A stretch of DNA of 64,000 bases from Nitrososphaerales archaeon (GCA_046759465.1 JBHICH010000004.1:81-64080); one strand, 5' to 3'. Counted from the first letter of the stretch, positions 45,470-55,261 are shown. The notes: a model not told the origin generated them from the letters alone. Numbers and translations are program-made.

Positions 45470-45628
45470 ATGACTAGTTTGAACAATGGGCCCATTTCTG
45501 TGAGAGCCTTTGTTACCAGATCAAAGAAAGGAATTTCACCTGTCATCGCTGCAATAGTACTTGTTTCAGTAGCAGTTGTTCTTGCAGTCAGCCACTTTCT
45601 TTTTTCTTATTTATTTTTTGGTTCATAG
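45470..45628 (+). CDS. 52-aa ORF consisting only of an archaeal pilin N-terminal domain (possible remnant)
   Basis: Own translation: MTSLNNGPISVRAFVTRSKKGISPVIAAIVLVSVAVVLAVSHFLFSYLFFGS. KKG/ISPVIAAIVLV is the classical archaeal pilin/flagellin N-terminal motif. The ORF ends in a T-rich tract, with no continuation in any frame. Confidence 0.4.
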   Translation: MTSLNNGPISVRAFVTRSKKGISPVIAAIVLVSVAVVLAVSHFLFSYLFFGS

Positions 45629-45829
45629 ATACCATCAGGATTGCCTATTATATGTAGAAATAATGAGTAGAACAAAACTATATACCTACAAGCACATTTC
45701 TTAGTGGCTGTTTTAAGAAGATTGTATCAAAGCTAGTTGCAGTTTTACGTTCAAGTGCATATATTCGAAGTGATAACTCCATCAATATAGAGGAAATTCT
45801 TACATATTGTCCGTACTATACGATCAATC

Positions 45830-46279
45830 ATGGACAAAAAGGTCAAGGAAGTCATGAACAAAGATGTGGCTAAGATCGAAAGCGACAAGAGTGTTCTTGA
45901 TGCTGCTCGCCTTATGGCCGATAAGGGTGTCGGATGCGTAGTAATCACATCTGGGATTAAGGCTCTAGGCATAGTGACCGAAAGAGATCTTGTATCTAGG
46001 GTTCTGGTGGAACCCTTTGACCCTTCAAAAGTCTTGGTCAGGGACATCGCGACAACACCACTCTTCAAAATCTCGCCAGACCAAACGGTAAAAGAAGCCG
46101 CAGAGCTTATGGTAAAGTATAAGATTAGGAGACTTCCCGTAGTCGACAAAGACATGTTGATAGGGATAATTACTGCTAATGATTTGGCTGCTATGATAGC
46201 TGGCAAGACGGGTGATGAAGATTTGATTCTAAAGGCTGTAACCAGAAGTAAGCGTCCTCCGCCTGGAATTTATGGTTGA
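45830..46279 (+). CDS. CBS-pair domain protein
   Basis: 149 aa with two CBS motifs (GCVVI....LGIVTERDL and RRLPVVD....IGIITANDL). Confidence 0.85.
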   Translation: MDKKVKEVMNKDVAKIESDKSVLDAARLMADKGVGCVVITSGIKALGIVTERDLVSRVLVEPFDPSKVLVRDIATTPLFKISPDQTVKEAAELMVKYKIRRLPVVDKDMLIGIITANDLAAMIAGKTGDEDLILKAVTRSKRPPPGIYG

Positions 46280-46409
46280 AAAGGCATACTACTGACACTG
46301 TAGCTGAAAATATACTTAGCAGCTGATATTCAAGCAGTTGCAATTCTGCAACGATCGCCCTAGGCAAATGTAAAAGTTTGAGTTCCTTATTTACAGAGTA
46401 TTATTGTTC

Positions 46410-46934
46410 TCATACATGGCAGCTTCCGCCGCCTCTCTTTGGGTAATATTTCTGGTGGTATTCCTCAGCTTCGTAGAAAGTCGTTGCTGGGACTATTTCA
46501 GTCACAATCTTCTTCTTGACTTTTCCAGATTTCTCGAGCTCCTCCTTTGACTTTTTGGCAAGGGCTTCCTGCTCGGGAGTGTGGTAAGAAATCATCGAAC
46601 GATACTGTGGACCTATATCGGGGCCCTGCCTGTTCATGGTTGTAGGATCATGAATTGACCAGAATGCGTCAAGGAGCTCTTCGTAGGAGACCTCTTTTGG
46701 ATCGTATTGTATCTGCACCGCTTCCGCATGCCCCGTTTTGTCAGTGCAAACGTCCTCGTATGTGGGGTTCTTGAACGTTCCTCCGGTATAGCCTACCATT
46801 GTTGATTTGATGCCCTTTATCTGCCCGAAGGCATCCTCGACTCCCCAAAAACAGCCTGCCGCAAAAGTCGCTACCTCCAGCTTCTTCTCGCTCACAGTAT
46901 CGATTGCTTCTTTGCGCCTAATATTTTTTCCCAT
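46410..46934 (-). CDS. msrA: peptide-methionine (S)-S-oxide reductase
   Basis: 174 aa with [20 protein letters not shown] and the YHQ.Y motifs. Confidence 0.9.
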   Translation of the reverse strand: MGKNIRRKEAIDTVSEKKLEVATFAAGCFWGVEDAFGQIKGIKSTMVGYTGGTFKNPTYEDVCTDKTGHAEAVQIQYDPKEVSYEELLDAFWSIHDPTTMNRQGPDIGPQYRSMISYHTPEQEALAKKSKEELEKSGKVKKKIVTEIVPATTFYEAEEYHQKYYPKRGGGSCHV

Positions 46935-47012
46935 CTAACTTTTCGTCGCTTGCTCACTTCAAGATTCCTATAGACTCTTATTTTATGGAAGTTACCAAGA
47001 CGCTGAAAACTT

Positions 47013-47807
47013 ATGTATCTGCATTGGAATGAATACATATGTGAAATGCTGGGAACGGCAATTCTACTGTTCTTTGGCACATCGGCGATCATCATAAATT
47101 TTGGAAATGATGCGTTCATTAAAGAATTAATCTCAGACGAGATGGCAAGACTTTTTCTGACTGGACTTATCTTTAGTGGTACTGCAGCCCTAGTTGTGAT
47201 CAGTCCTCTAGGTAAACTCAGTGGTGGGCATATCAACCCTGCTGTCTCTCTCCCTTTCTGGCTGCTAAAGAGGATGCATCATAGAGACCTTGCTGGATAC
47301 ATAACTTTTCAATTCATTGGAGCAACTATAGGTTCTACAATTGCATTGCTAGCATGGGGTAATGAATTTTGGAGTGTAAACGGCGCATTGACCTTGCCTG
47401 GTTCTGGAATATCATTCCTTGAAGCGTTTATAGCTGAGACTGTAATGACATTCATACTTGTAATTTCAATCTTGATCATGCTAAGCCATCATAATACGGC
47501 AAAGTTCACACCTCTGGTGGTATGGATAGTTATAGGTCTACAAGTTATGTTGGGTGCACAAATTTCTGGTACCAGCATAAATCCTGCAAGGAGTTTTGGC
47601 CCTGCAATAGTTACAAACGTATTACAAGATCTATGGATCTACCTCACTGCTCCTATTATAGGAGCAGTTCTCGCTGCAGCTGCGCATCACGCTAAGATAT
47701 TTGGTAATTTGACACTCAAGACAGGAAAGTTATTCCATGCTCCTTCCTACAAATGCATATTTTTACACTGCGAGATATGCGAAAAAGAAAGAATGGAAAA
47801 GTCCTGA
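47013..47807 (+). CDS. MIP-family channel (aquaporin/aquaglyceroporin)
   Basis: 264 aa with two NPA boxes (HINPAVSL, SINPARSF) and six hydrophobic helices. Confidence 0.9.
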   Translation: MYLHWNEYICEMLGTAILLFFGTSAIIINFGNDAFIKELISDEMARLFLTGLIFSGTAALVVISPLGKLSGGHINPAVSLPFWLLKRMHHRDLAGYITFQFIGATIGSTIALLAWGNEFWSVNGALTLPGSGISFLEAFIAETVMTFILVISILIMLSHHNTAKFTPLVVWIVIGLQVMLGAQISGTSINPARSFGPAIVTNVLQDLWIYLTAPIIGAVLAAAAHHAKIFGNLTLKTGKLFHAPSYKCIFLHCEICEKERMEKS

Positions 47808-47892
47808 TTAGAAAATCTCCGTATGAGCTCTAGCCTGATCAAAGTTAGAAATATGATCATCTTTATTTAGTGGAATACGATCCGATCTTGCA

Positions 47893-48756
47893 ATGATTGA
47901 AAAAACCGTCGATATCGACGGACTCAAAATATCCTACAAAGAAGGAGGACAGAAAGACACTGCAACGATCCTGTTACTACACGGCTTTCCTACATCCTCA
48001 CATATGTTCTGTAATCTCATACCTGCCCTAGAAGAAAAGTTTCACCTAGTCGCACCTGATTACGTAGGCTATGGGAAAAGCTCAATGCCATCTGTAGATG
48101 AATTCAGGTACACATTTGAGCATCAGACTGAGATTATCGAGAAGTTCACGGAGAAGCTTGGACTTGAAAAGTACAGTCTATATGTTATGGACTATGGTGC
48201 ACCTATTGGATTTCGACTTGCTGTCAAGCACCCGGAAAGAGTTCAGTCTTTTATCGTACAGAACGGCAATGCTTACGAAGAAGGTCTACTCGAGTTCTGG
48301 GATCCTATAAAGGCTTGGTGGAAAGACAAAACAGATGAGAACGAAAAGAAGCTACATTACCTCGTAGCCGCGGACACCACAAAATGGCAGTACCAAAATG
48401 GTACACGTAATCCTGATGCAATAGACCCAGCTAACTGGATTACTGATCAGGCAGGTCTCGATCGTCCAGGCAACGTTGCGATTCAACTGGCCATGCTCCA
48501 CGACTACCGCACCAACGTACCGCTGTACCCAAAATTTCAGGAATACTTCCGCAAGTATCAACCACCTATGCTCATTGTCTGGGGCAAAAATGATTACATC
48601 TTCCCAGAAGCAGGTGCACATCAGTACGAACGTGACTTGAAGAATGTCGAGAAGCACATACTTGAGACAGGTCACTTTGCACTAGAAGAAGACTTGGATT
48701 TTATAGCTGGTAAGATTTCCGAATTCTTGAGCTCCAAAGTCTTAGTGAAGGCTTAG
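47893..48756 (+). CDS. alpha/beta hydrolase, epoxide hydrolase/haloalkane dehalogenase-like
   Basis: 287 aa with the oxyanion HGFPTSS and the nucleophile elbow VMDYGAP (Asp nucleophile type). Confidence 0.8.
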   Translation: MIEKTVDIDGLKISYKEGGQKDTATILLLHGFPTSSHMFCNLIPALEEKFHLVAPDYVGYGKSSMPSVDEFRYTFEHQTEIIEKFTEKLGLEKYSLYVMDYGAPIGFRLAVKHPERVQSFIVQNGNAYEEGLLEFWDPIKAWWKDKTDENEKKLHYLVAADTTKWQYQNGTRNPDAIDPANWITDQAGLDRPGNVAIQLAMLHDYRTNVPLYPKFQEYFRKYQPPMLIVWGKNDYIFPEAGAHQYERDLKNVEKHILETGHFALEEDLDFIAGKISEFLSSKVLVKA

Positions 48757-48764
48757 ACATAGGA

Positions 48765-48791
48765 GAAAGCGCCCTTTCCTCTTTTTTATTT
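48765..48791 (+). terminator. short hairpin plus T-run after the hydrolase gene
   Basis: gaaag (48765-69) pairs with ctttc (48774-78) around a 4-nt loop, followed by a T6 run at 48782-48787, 9 nt after the stop codon. Confidence 0.4.
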
Positions 48792-48872
48792 CCACCTTTT
48801 TAAAAGTATAAGCTAGCTCGTTTTGCAAGTGAACCATCAGCTCTCAATACGTTCATCTTCCAAGACATTCAA

Positions 48873-49550
48873 TTACTTTCCGAGCTGTTCTATCTGTTGG
48901 CGGAAATACCCTCTCCAATCTTCGGGTAAAGCCTCAACCTGTGCAGCATGTTTTAAAGTTTCGATATCTTCATTATCATGGACATACAATCGTACGATCT
49001 CTTTAACTGTGATTTTATTCTTATCACGACTGATAAGTTCTATTGCATCCCCTGCACCAATATCACCTTCTTGCAATACCTTAAAATAAAACCCAGAACG
49101 ACCGCTGGCTAGAAACTGTCTAACAATGTCCATTCGTCCAAACTTAACTCCAAGTTTGTAACATGGCATTCGTGGCTGTGTCACCATCGCTTTTGCCGAT
49201 CCAATTTGAAACTGATCACCAATGTTGAGCGCATCTTCGTGCAAGCCTTCCGTAGTCAAATTTTCACCGAACATCCCCCAAGGCAGTTCCGTACCTGGCA
49301 ATTGGCGCCGCCAGTACTCATAATGCTCCGCAGGGTATGCGTATACTGCCTTGTCTGCTCCTCCGTGTACAGTCAAATCGGCTTGCCTGTCTCCATCAAG
49401 GTTGAGTTTTCGTAGGTTGACACGACCTTGTACTGGTTCCTTGAAAATTCCAGTCGTAACCTCTTGCCCCTTAAAGACCACCTTGCGTGGAAGGCCGACA
49501 TTGACAGAAAGGATTTTCATTTTTGTTCCGATTTTATTCTGTGGATTCAA
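48873..49550 (-). CDS. MOSC domain protein (YiiM-like)
   Basis: 225 aa. VHGG.DKAVYAY..EHY..W, ENLT..G and the conserved PCYKL cysteine region are present. Confidence 0.85.
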   Translation of the reverse strand: MNPQNKIGTKMKILSVNVGLPRKVVFKGQEVTTGIFKEPVQGRVNLRKLNLDGDRQADLTVHGGADKAVYAYPAEHYEYWRRQLPGTELPWGMFGENLTTEGLHEDALNIGDQFQIGSAKAMVTQPRMPCYKLGVKFGRMDIVRQFLASGRSGFYFKVLQEGDIGAGDAIELISRDKNKITVKEIVRLYVHDNEDIETLKHAAQVEALPEDWRGYFRQQIEQLGK

Positions 49551-49611
49551 CTTGTCCTCTATAGATAAATAAGATGAATATACACCTATATAATAATCGA
49601 GATTGATCAGA

Positions 49612-49731
49612 ATGAATTGCTATATATGTGGCAAAGAGTTAACGGAAGAAAACTCACATAGTACCTATTATCCAGATGCTTTAGGTGTGATAGCTTTGTG
49701 TGATGAATGTTGGAAAATAAAGTTTGACTAG
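49612..49731 (+). CDS. 39-aa C4 zinc-ribbon mini-ORF, hypothetical
   Basis: Own translation: MNCYICGKELTEENSHSTYYPDALGVIALCDECWKIKFD, with CxxC...CxxC. It falls below the track length cutoff. Confidence 0.3.
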   Translation: MNCYICGKELTEENSHSTYYPDALGVIALCDECWKIKFD

Positions 49732-49808
49732 ATTCGATACAGAACCAAATAACGATCGCTTCCACTCGATATTCAGATCTCGATGGTAACAGAGTTAAGG
49801 GGGGCTAA

Positions 49809-50174
49809 TTATCGCTTTACTATAGAACTTTGTGATAGGCACTGCGGATAGGTTTCTAATACTTTATCAATCTCCTGCTTAAGTTTATCCTTTGGCATAT
49901 AGCCAACTAATTCCCCGACTTCCTTTCCATCACAAAAGAACTTGATTACAGGAATTCCCATTATACTGTACTTACTTGCTATCTCCTGCTCTGCATCAAC
50001 GTTAACCTTGGCAAATACAATTTTGTTACTGTACTCCTTTGCTAGTTCTTCAAATATAGGCTTCAGTTTCATACACCAAGGGCACCAAGGAGCCCAGAAG
50101 TCTACTGCAGTTAATGTCTTAGAACTCAAGATCTTTCCTTCCCATTCATTAGAGCTGACATCGAAAGCTGACAT
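49809..50174 (-). CDS. thioredoxin
   Basis: 121 aa with the active site WAPWCPWC and a thioredoxin fold pattern (GIPVIKFF). Confidence 0.85.
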   Translation of the reverse strand: MSAFDVSSNEWEGKILSSKTLTAVDFWAPWCPWCMKLKPIFEELAKEYSNKIVFAKVNVDAEQEIASKYSIMGIPVIKFFCDGKEVGELVGYMPKDKLKQEIDKVLETYPQCLSQSSIVKR

Positions 50175-50229
50175 ACGATTATCAAGGTCTAATGCATCTT
50201 AAATATTACTGAGTGCTTAAATCACTAAA

Positions 50230-51222
50230 TCAGTTATCGGCATTCCTATTGATGATCCGCATCGCAGCCTCCATCAGCCTAATCGATGTCTTGTAGCGCG
50301 TTCCATTTCTTTCGAAGGATATGGATACCTCTTCTCCCATTGAAAATTTTGAGAGGGCAGCTAAGAGATCTTTCATCTGCTTTATCTCATACTCATCTAT
50401 TTGCGTTAGGATGTCGCCAACTCTTAATCCAGCTTCATACGCAGGACCGTATGGTGTTATCCCAACTATAAGTACGCCAGAATCAGTTGGAAGATCATAT
50501 CTTCTCACGATAGCTGTATTCAGGTTTGCTCCAGAAATTCCAAGCCATGGTCTCGTCACTCTTCCCTTCGCAAATATTTGTTCCATCACATTCTTTACCG
50601 TGTTTATTGGTATTGCGAATCCCACGCCTTGCGCATAAGGTATCATTGCGGTGTTGATGCCGACCACATTCCCATTTAGATCTGCTATAGGACCGCCGCT
50701 ATTGCCAGGGTTAATGGCTGCATCGGTTTGAATCAATCCCTCAAAGATAAAATCCAAACCAGGCAGGGGTCTTCCGAGAGCACTTATCACTCCTGCTGAT
50801 ACAGTTGGCCCACCTGGCAAACCCAATGTGTTTCCTATAGCGAGTACTATCTGTCCTACTTTCAGCTTCTCTGAATCTCCAAGGCTGGCCGCAGGCAGGT
50901 TATCTGCCTCAACCCTGATCAGTGCTATGTCTGTAGCAGAGTCTCCTCCAACAACTTCACCTACTAAGCTTCTTCCATCATTAAGATTGATCTGGACTCT
51001 AGCTGCACCATCAATAACATGATGGTTAGTGACGATGTAGCCCTTTTTGTCTATGATAAGGCCAGAACCAGTTCCTTCAAGAGGTACAAGACCAAATCTA
51101 AAATCCCTAGCAAGCTTCATGCTATTTATGCTGACAACGTTCTCACTGAGCTTCCGGACAGCCTCAGTTATTTCATTCTCTAATTGCGTAAGTGGTATTT
51201 TCACATTCACCTTACTTGGCAC
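50230..51222 (-). CDS. HtrA/DegP-family serine protease with PDZ domain
   Basis: 330 aa with TNHHV, DIALI and GNSGGP (catalytic triad regions), plus a C-terminal PDZ (GLRVGDILTQIDEYEI). Confidence 0.9.
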   Translation of the reverse strand: MPSKVNVKIPLTQLENEITEAVRKLSENVVSINSMKLARDFRFGLVPLEGTGSGLIIDKKGYIVTNHHVIDGAARVQINLNDGRSLVGEVVGGDSATDIALIRVEADNLPAASLGDSEKLKVGQIVLAIGNTLGLPGGPTVSAGVISALGRPLPGLDFIFEGLIQTDAAINPGNSGGPIADLNGNVVGINTAMIPYAQGVGFAIPINTVKNVMEQIFAKGRVTRPWLGISGANLNTAIVRRYDLPTDSGVLIVGITPYGPAYEAGLRVGDILTQIDEYEIKQMKDLLAALSKFSMGEEVSISFERNGTRYKTSIRLMEAAMRIINRNADN

Positions 51223-51331
51223 TACTAACTATACAAAGGTAAGTATTTAAATTAGTACGTGATGATATCGTAAGTAACTGACCTATTGGTGAGTGGAGCG
51301 TAGCTTTACATCGGCTGAGAGATCTTTGCTA

Positions 51332-51742
51332 CTAAGAAGCTGCCTTCATTGATCTACCGAAAACTTCCTGAAATTTTCTTGGTTTCCCATCTTTGAATAC
51401 ATCTTCGCAACAATATTGCAGGGAAAAATCTGCCATCTCTTCCAATATAGGTTTCAGTGCGTTACCTTTTTCCGTCAGATAGTATTCGATCCTTATTGGA
51501 GTTTCTGGATAGATCCTTCGCTCTATCAATCCGTCCTTCTCCATCTCCCTTAACCTGATAGAAAGCGTCTTTGGATTTATTCCTTCAATCGAGTCAATGA
51601 ATTGGTTGAACCTTTTCTGGTTAAAATTCATCATATTTCGTAGTATCAAGAAAGTGAACTTTTTACCAACTATGCTGAATGTGTTCGCGATCGGACAGCA
51701 CTTCATATTCTTCTTGGCCCACTCAAGTTGTTGATCGTTCAA
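51332..51742 (-). CDS. HxlR-family winged-helix transcriptional regulator
   Basis: 136 aa. CPIANTFSIVGKKFTFLILRNM...RFNQF...I..KTLSIRLREMEKDGLIERRIYPE.P.RIEYYLTEKG. Confidence 0.85.
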   Translation of the reverse strand: MNDQQLEWAKKNMKCCPIANTFSIVGKKFTFLILRNMMNFNQKRFNQFIDSIEGINPKTLSIRLREMEKDGLIERRIYPETPIRIEYYLTEKGNALKPILEEMADFSLQYCCEDVFKDGKPRKFQEVFGRSMKAAS

Positions 51743-51833
51743 CTTACCACCACTTCATCTCCTTACTATTTAATCACTTACCAATTTAAATACTTACCTT
51801 TGTATAGTTACTGGTAAGGAGAAAGTAAGCGAT

Positions 51834-52187
51834 ATGGAATGCAAGTCTGAATCATGTACGATAGAAAAAGGTGAGAAATGTCCATGCGGTTCAGGAAAAT
51901 CATACGACGAATGCTGCGGGTCTGAATGCTGTCAAGTTATGGATCCAGTAGAACATGCGAAGCAGGAGTGGCACAAGGCCTTCTTCCGAGCGTTACACGA
52001 GGCACATGTGGAACGGTTGAGGAAGAGGATCGAATCAATGTGGGGGCCGTCGATGGACAAAGCCGCAGACGCGGTCATAGAGTCATTTGGCAAGTACTGG
52101 CAGGCGATGGTTACGATGTCCGAGGCAAAGAAAGAGCTGGATGCAAAGTTCCAGAAGATATTTTCTGAGGCAAGCAAGAAGCAGTAA
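51834..52187 (+). CDS. SEC-C metal-binding motif protein
   Basis: 117 aa. CPCGSGKSYDECCG near the N-terminus is followed by a helical remainder. It is divergent from the HxlR gene. Confidence 0.6.
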   Translation: MECKSESCTIEKGEKCPCGSGKSYDECCGSECCQVMDPVEHAKQEWHKAFFRALHEAHVERLRKRIESMWGPSMDKAADAVIESFGKYWQAMVTMSEAKKELDAKFQKIFSEASKKQ

Positions 52188-52505
52188 GGCAGTACGCCAT
52201 CTCTTATTTTTTAGCCTAGACTGCGAATAAAAGAAATCAGACTCTTAGGAAGTCTCATGCATCTCACGCTCTAAACAAAATACATCCTGATTGGACTCCT
52301 GTTTAAATATCTGAAATTATGTTTTCTGATCGCTTCATAATACAAGGCAATGAGATGCGTATGGTAAGTATGATAACATGAGATTGTAAGAAAAGATCTT
52401 AAGCATCTTTGCAACAATTATTTGACACACCAATTGTCATTCAATTGTGTAAAACTTGATAGCGGTTAGATAACTGTTAAACGATCTATCCTTAAGAATA
52501 GGGCA

Positions 52506-52916
52506 GTGTATCTATGGCCACCGACAAAAAACATGACAAACACATATGAGGTAAAGAAAGGGATTCGAAACGGAGCAGTTGGAGGGCTAATCGCAGGACT
52601 CGTCATGGCTATACCGATGCTTGCCATGAACACAGTGGACTTTGCAGTGCTAATACCGACAAGCGTGATCATAGGCACAATATACGGTATATTGACATCC
52701 AATAAGAGTCTCAGACCAACAAATGTGAAGGAAGGTGTGACTCTGGGTATCATAACAGGTCTCATATCTTTCGCGATACTGTCCAAACCAACGTCTGTTC
52801 CATACACAGAATTTCTCGTCCCATTGCTGCACTACGTGCTCTTCGGCGCAGTACTTGGCTTGACGACATCATTCCTAGCAAAAAAGCAAGAACAAAAGAT
52901 AGGTGCTACAGTATAA
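52506..52916 (+). CDS. small 4-TM membrane protein, unknown function
   Basis: 136 aa with Gly-rich helices. It is preferred over the antisense ORF 52466..52807. The likely start is the ATG at 52533 (MTNTYEV...). Confidence 0.45.
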   Translation: MYLWPPTKNMTNTYEVKKGIRNGAVGGLIAGLVMAIPMLAMNTVDFAVLIPTSVIIGTIYGILTSNKSLRPTNVKEGVTLGIITGLISFAILSKPTSVPYTEFLVPLLHYVLFGAVLGLTTSFLAKKQEQKIGATV

Positions 52917-52971
52917 ACACCTTAACGGAGGTATTCTCCGTTACCATCCTTATTTTTTCTCATGATATATG

Positions 52972-53556
52972 TTAGCTCCCAAAACTAGGTTTTATCGCAG
53001 TCAGGAAGTAACCAAATTTCGAAGGTATTATCGAGATTTCTTCGTATCCAAGCTGCTTTACTTTTTCTTCTAGCTGAGAAGGTGTATAATACTTACAATT
53101 CATCCTTTGCAGCGTATTCTCGAAAAAGTTCACCTGCTTGCCCCTCCAGGTCGTAGGATCGAATTCAAGTAGCACGAGCAATCCATTTGGGTGCATTACT
53201 CTTCTGATCTCTTTTAGAGCGGACTCCTGGTCTGCAAAATGGTGGAAAGAAGCAATAATCATTACCTTGCTGAAGTAGTCATTTCGAAATGGAATGCGAT
53301 CCGCGCTTCCAGGTATGAACCTTACATTCTTTCTTCTTTCCTTTCCAAAGGTTAATTTCTTTTGGTCGGGATCGAGAACGAAAACCTCTCTGCAAATATC
53401 AGCAAAGGTTGCAGCAATCCATCCTGTTCCTCCACCAAGATCAAGTATACCATCTTCAGGTTGAGGATTCGTGATCTTTACCAACAATGGCCTGTGGTTT
53501 CTGTATGCCCACTCAGCAACGCGATCTTGAATTGAGAGGAGCAAGCTATGTAGCAT
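52972..53556 (-). CDS. class I SAM-dependent methyltransferase
   Basis: 194 aa with motif I ILDLGGGTGWIA, and post-I and motif II regions present. Confidence 0.8.
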   Translation of the reverse strand: MLHSLLLSIQDRVAEWAYRNHRPLLVKITNPQPEDGILDLGGGTGWIAATFADICREVFVLDPDQKKLTFGKERRKNVRFIPGSADRIPFRNDYFSKVMIIASFHHFADQESALKEIRRVMHPNGLLVLLEFDPTTWRGKQVNFFENTLQRMNCKYYTPSQLEEKVKQLGYEEISIIPSKFGYFLTAIKPSFGS

Positions 53557-53573
53557 TGAAGTGTCTACACTTG

Positions 53574-54692
53574 TTAGTCAATCCGCAGGCTTTCGGCAAT
53601 TTTGAAGCAATGATCATCAGTAAATACATCTACCCCTCCTAACCGATCAATCCAATGAGGTACGGTTGCATCAGTACATGATTGTATTACAGCCTCCAAG
53701 TATGTATCGAATAACAACCAAGAGTTCTCGAATCCGGTTTGTTCAGCTATAGCAAAAAAGTCAACCGTCTGGAAAGCTGTAGCTGCATTAGCTTGAATAT
53801 CTTGAATGTATTCTCGTTGTATTTTGACATCTTCAGGTGTACCTAGACGAGTTAGATGTCCACCAATGAACGTGTCAAATTCATACTCTAATATCAAATC
53901 ATGTGCAGCAATAAAGGCTGGTACATGTTCTGTCATTGCTAAATCTTTGAAAGGCGACCAACCAGGGAAGACGACATCTACTAACATGAGCACTTTCTGT
54001 TGAGGTGCGTAGATGAAGATGCTACCTGGTACATGAACTGGTCCTTTGTATGCCAATTCCAAAGTCTGGCTGCCCAAGGTAAGCATATAGCTGTCTGAAA
54101 AAGTGACCGTCGGTGGCAGAACAGGAGAACCGCCAACAAAGGAGCCGAAAGTGTATGAGCGGCTCGGGCTACTTGCATGTGCTAAGTGCTCTGCAGTATC
54201 TTCATGAGCAATAATGACAGCATCATTCGGAAGGATACTCGCCGCAGCGATATGATCTGCGTGAAAGTGACTATAGATGACATGTGTAATCGGCTCATCT
54301 GTCACCTCACCGATAGCCTTCAGTACGTTCTCACCAATCGTCGGTGGAGCGTCCACAACTATCACTCCCTCGCCCGTAGTAAGAAACATCACCTGGTAGG
54401 CACCCTCAGTTACCCAATAAAGCCCATCTTTGATCTCCTCAACTAAATATCCCTTTTCAGGATCGATGGCTGGGCCCTTGGCAGCATCGGGAATCGGTGC
54501 CGCAGGCATTATACTTTGCCCTGCAGTTGTGCCCTTCAACTTTGAAACTTCAGCCTGCAGCGAAGCTATCTGGATCTGTTGATTCTGCAACTGCTGTTGT
54601 ACGGTTGCAGCAAAGATCCCATAACCAATACCCAAACCAATAAGGAACGCTCCAATTGCAATAAGTGATGTCTTTCCATTCACGATGATCAT
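53574..54692 (-). CDS. membrane-anchored metallo-beta-lactamase-fold hydrolase
   Basis: 372 aa with an N-terminal TM helix, a Gln-rich coiled segment and the HFHADH (HxHxDH) motif. Confidence 0.8.
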   Translation of the reverse strand: MIIVNGKTSLIAIGAFLIGLGIGYGIFAATVQQQLQNQQIQIASLQAEVSKLKGTTAGQSIMPAAPIPDAAKGPAIDPEKGYLVEEIKDGLYWVTEGAYQVMFLTTGEGVIVVDAPPTIGENVLKAIGEVTDEPITHVIYSHFHADHIAAASILPNDAVIIAHEDTAEHLAHASSPSRSYTFGSFVGGSPVLPPTVTFSDSYMLTLGSQTLELAYKGPVHVPGSIFIYAPQQKVLMLVDVVFPGWSPFKDLAMTEHVPAFIAAHDLILEYEFDTFIGGHLTRLGTPEDVKIQREYIQDIQANAATAFQTVDFFAIAEQTGFENSWLLFDTYLEAVIQSCTDATVPHWIDRLGGVDVFTDDHCFKIAESLRID

Positions 54693-54760
54693 GCAAAATC
54701 GTATGTATTAAAGCGTTTGAACTGTTATCATATCTGTTACTGAATGGAGAATCGACAGAG

Positions 54761-55261
54761 CTATTTCTGATCTGACTTTATCAGGGTAATTATGTGATCT
54801 TTAATTGATGAGGTAAATAACATTTGAGGAGAATCGGTCTTCCACCTCTCTTCAAACCAGTCCGTATTATTAGACAAACGGCCATTAATTGCAAGATGAG
54901 TGAATTCTATTTCTTTTTGTGCAGACCCGTGACAATGATATGTGCCGGCCGGAATGTGAACAGCATTTTTTGGCAACAATACGATCTCTTTTGTTACTTT
55001 AATTTCGCAACGTCGGTCATCAATCTGATTCGTTATTTCTCCGATGGCAAGTTTTCCTATTCCATCGGTTGCGATTAATGTTTGATCAGACTTGTGAGTA
55101 TGAAATTTAGTTCTGGATCCCTCTATGAAAGTTACATAATAGATATTTTTGCTTAAAGAATCTTCTTTGTCATGAAATCTACTTTGAATAACACGACCGA
55201 TGAAATTTTCCTTGTTTACTTCTTTCTCTCTAATCGGGAATTCAGTTACCTCATCCAACAA
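54761..55261 (-). CDS. cupin domain protein
   Basis: 166 aa with the two cupin motifs GSRTKFHTHKSDQTLIATDG and IPAGTYHCHGS. Confidence 0.65.
   Translation of the reverse strand: MLDEVTEFPIREKEVNKENFIGRVIQSRFHDKEDSLSKNIYYVTFIEGSRTKFHTHKSDQTLIATDGIGKLAIGEITNQIDDRRCEIKVTKEIVLLPKNAVHIPAGTYHCHGSAQKEIEFTHLAINGRLSNNTDWFEERWKTDSPQMLFTSSIKDHIITLIKSDQK

Noticed and set aside
45751-46206. 151-aa minus-strand ORF
   Set aside because: It is antisense to a clear CBS-pair gene (45830..46279) and has low-complexity Ser/Thr/Leu-rich composition, typical of a shadow ORF.
52466-52807. 113-aa minus-strand hydrophobic ORF
   Set aside because: It overlaps the plus-strand 4-TM ORF, which has more regular helix and loop organisation and a proper ATG. 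Only one can be real, and I kept the plus-strand one at low confidence.
53730-53750. gttctcgaatcc string resembling a tRNA T-loop
   Set aside because: It lies inside the MBL hydrolase coding sequence, and no acceptor, D or anticodon arms can be drawn around it.
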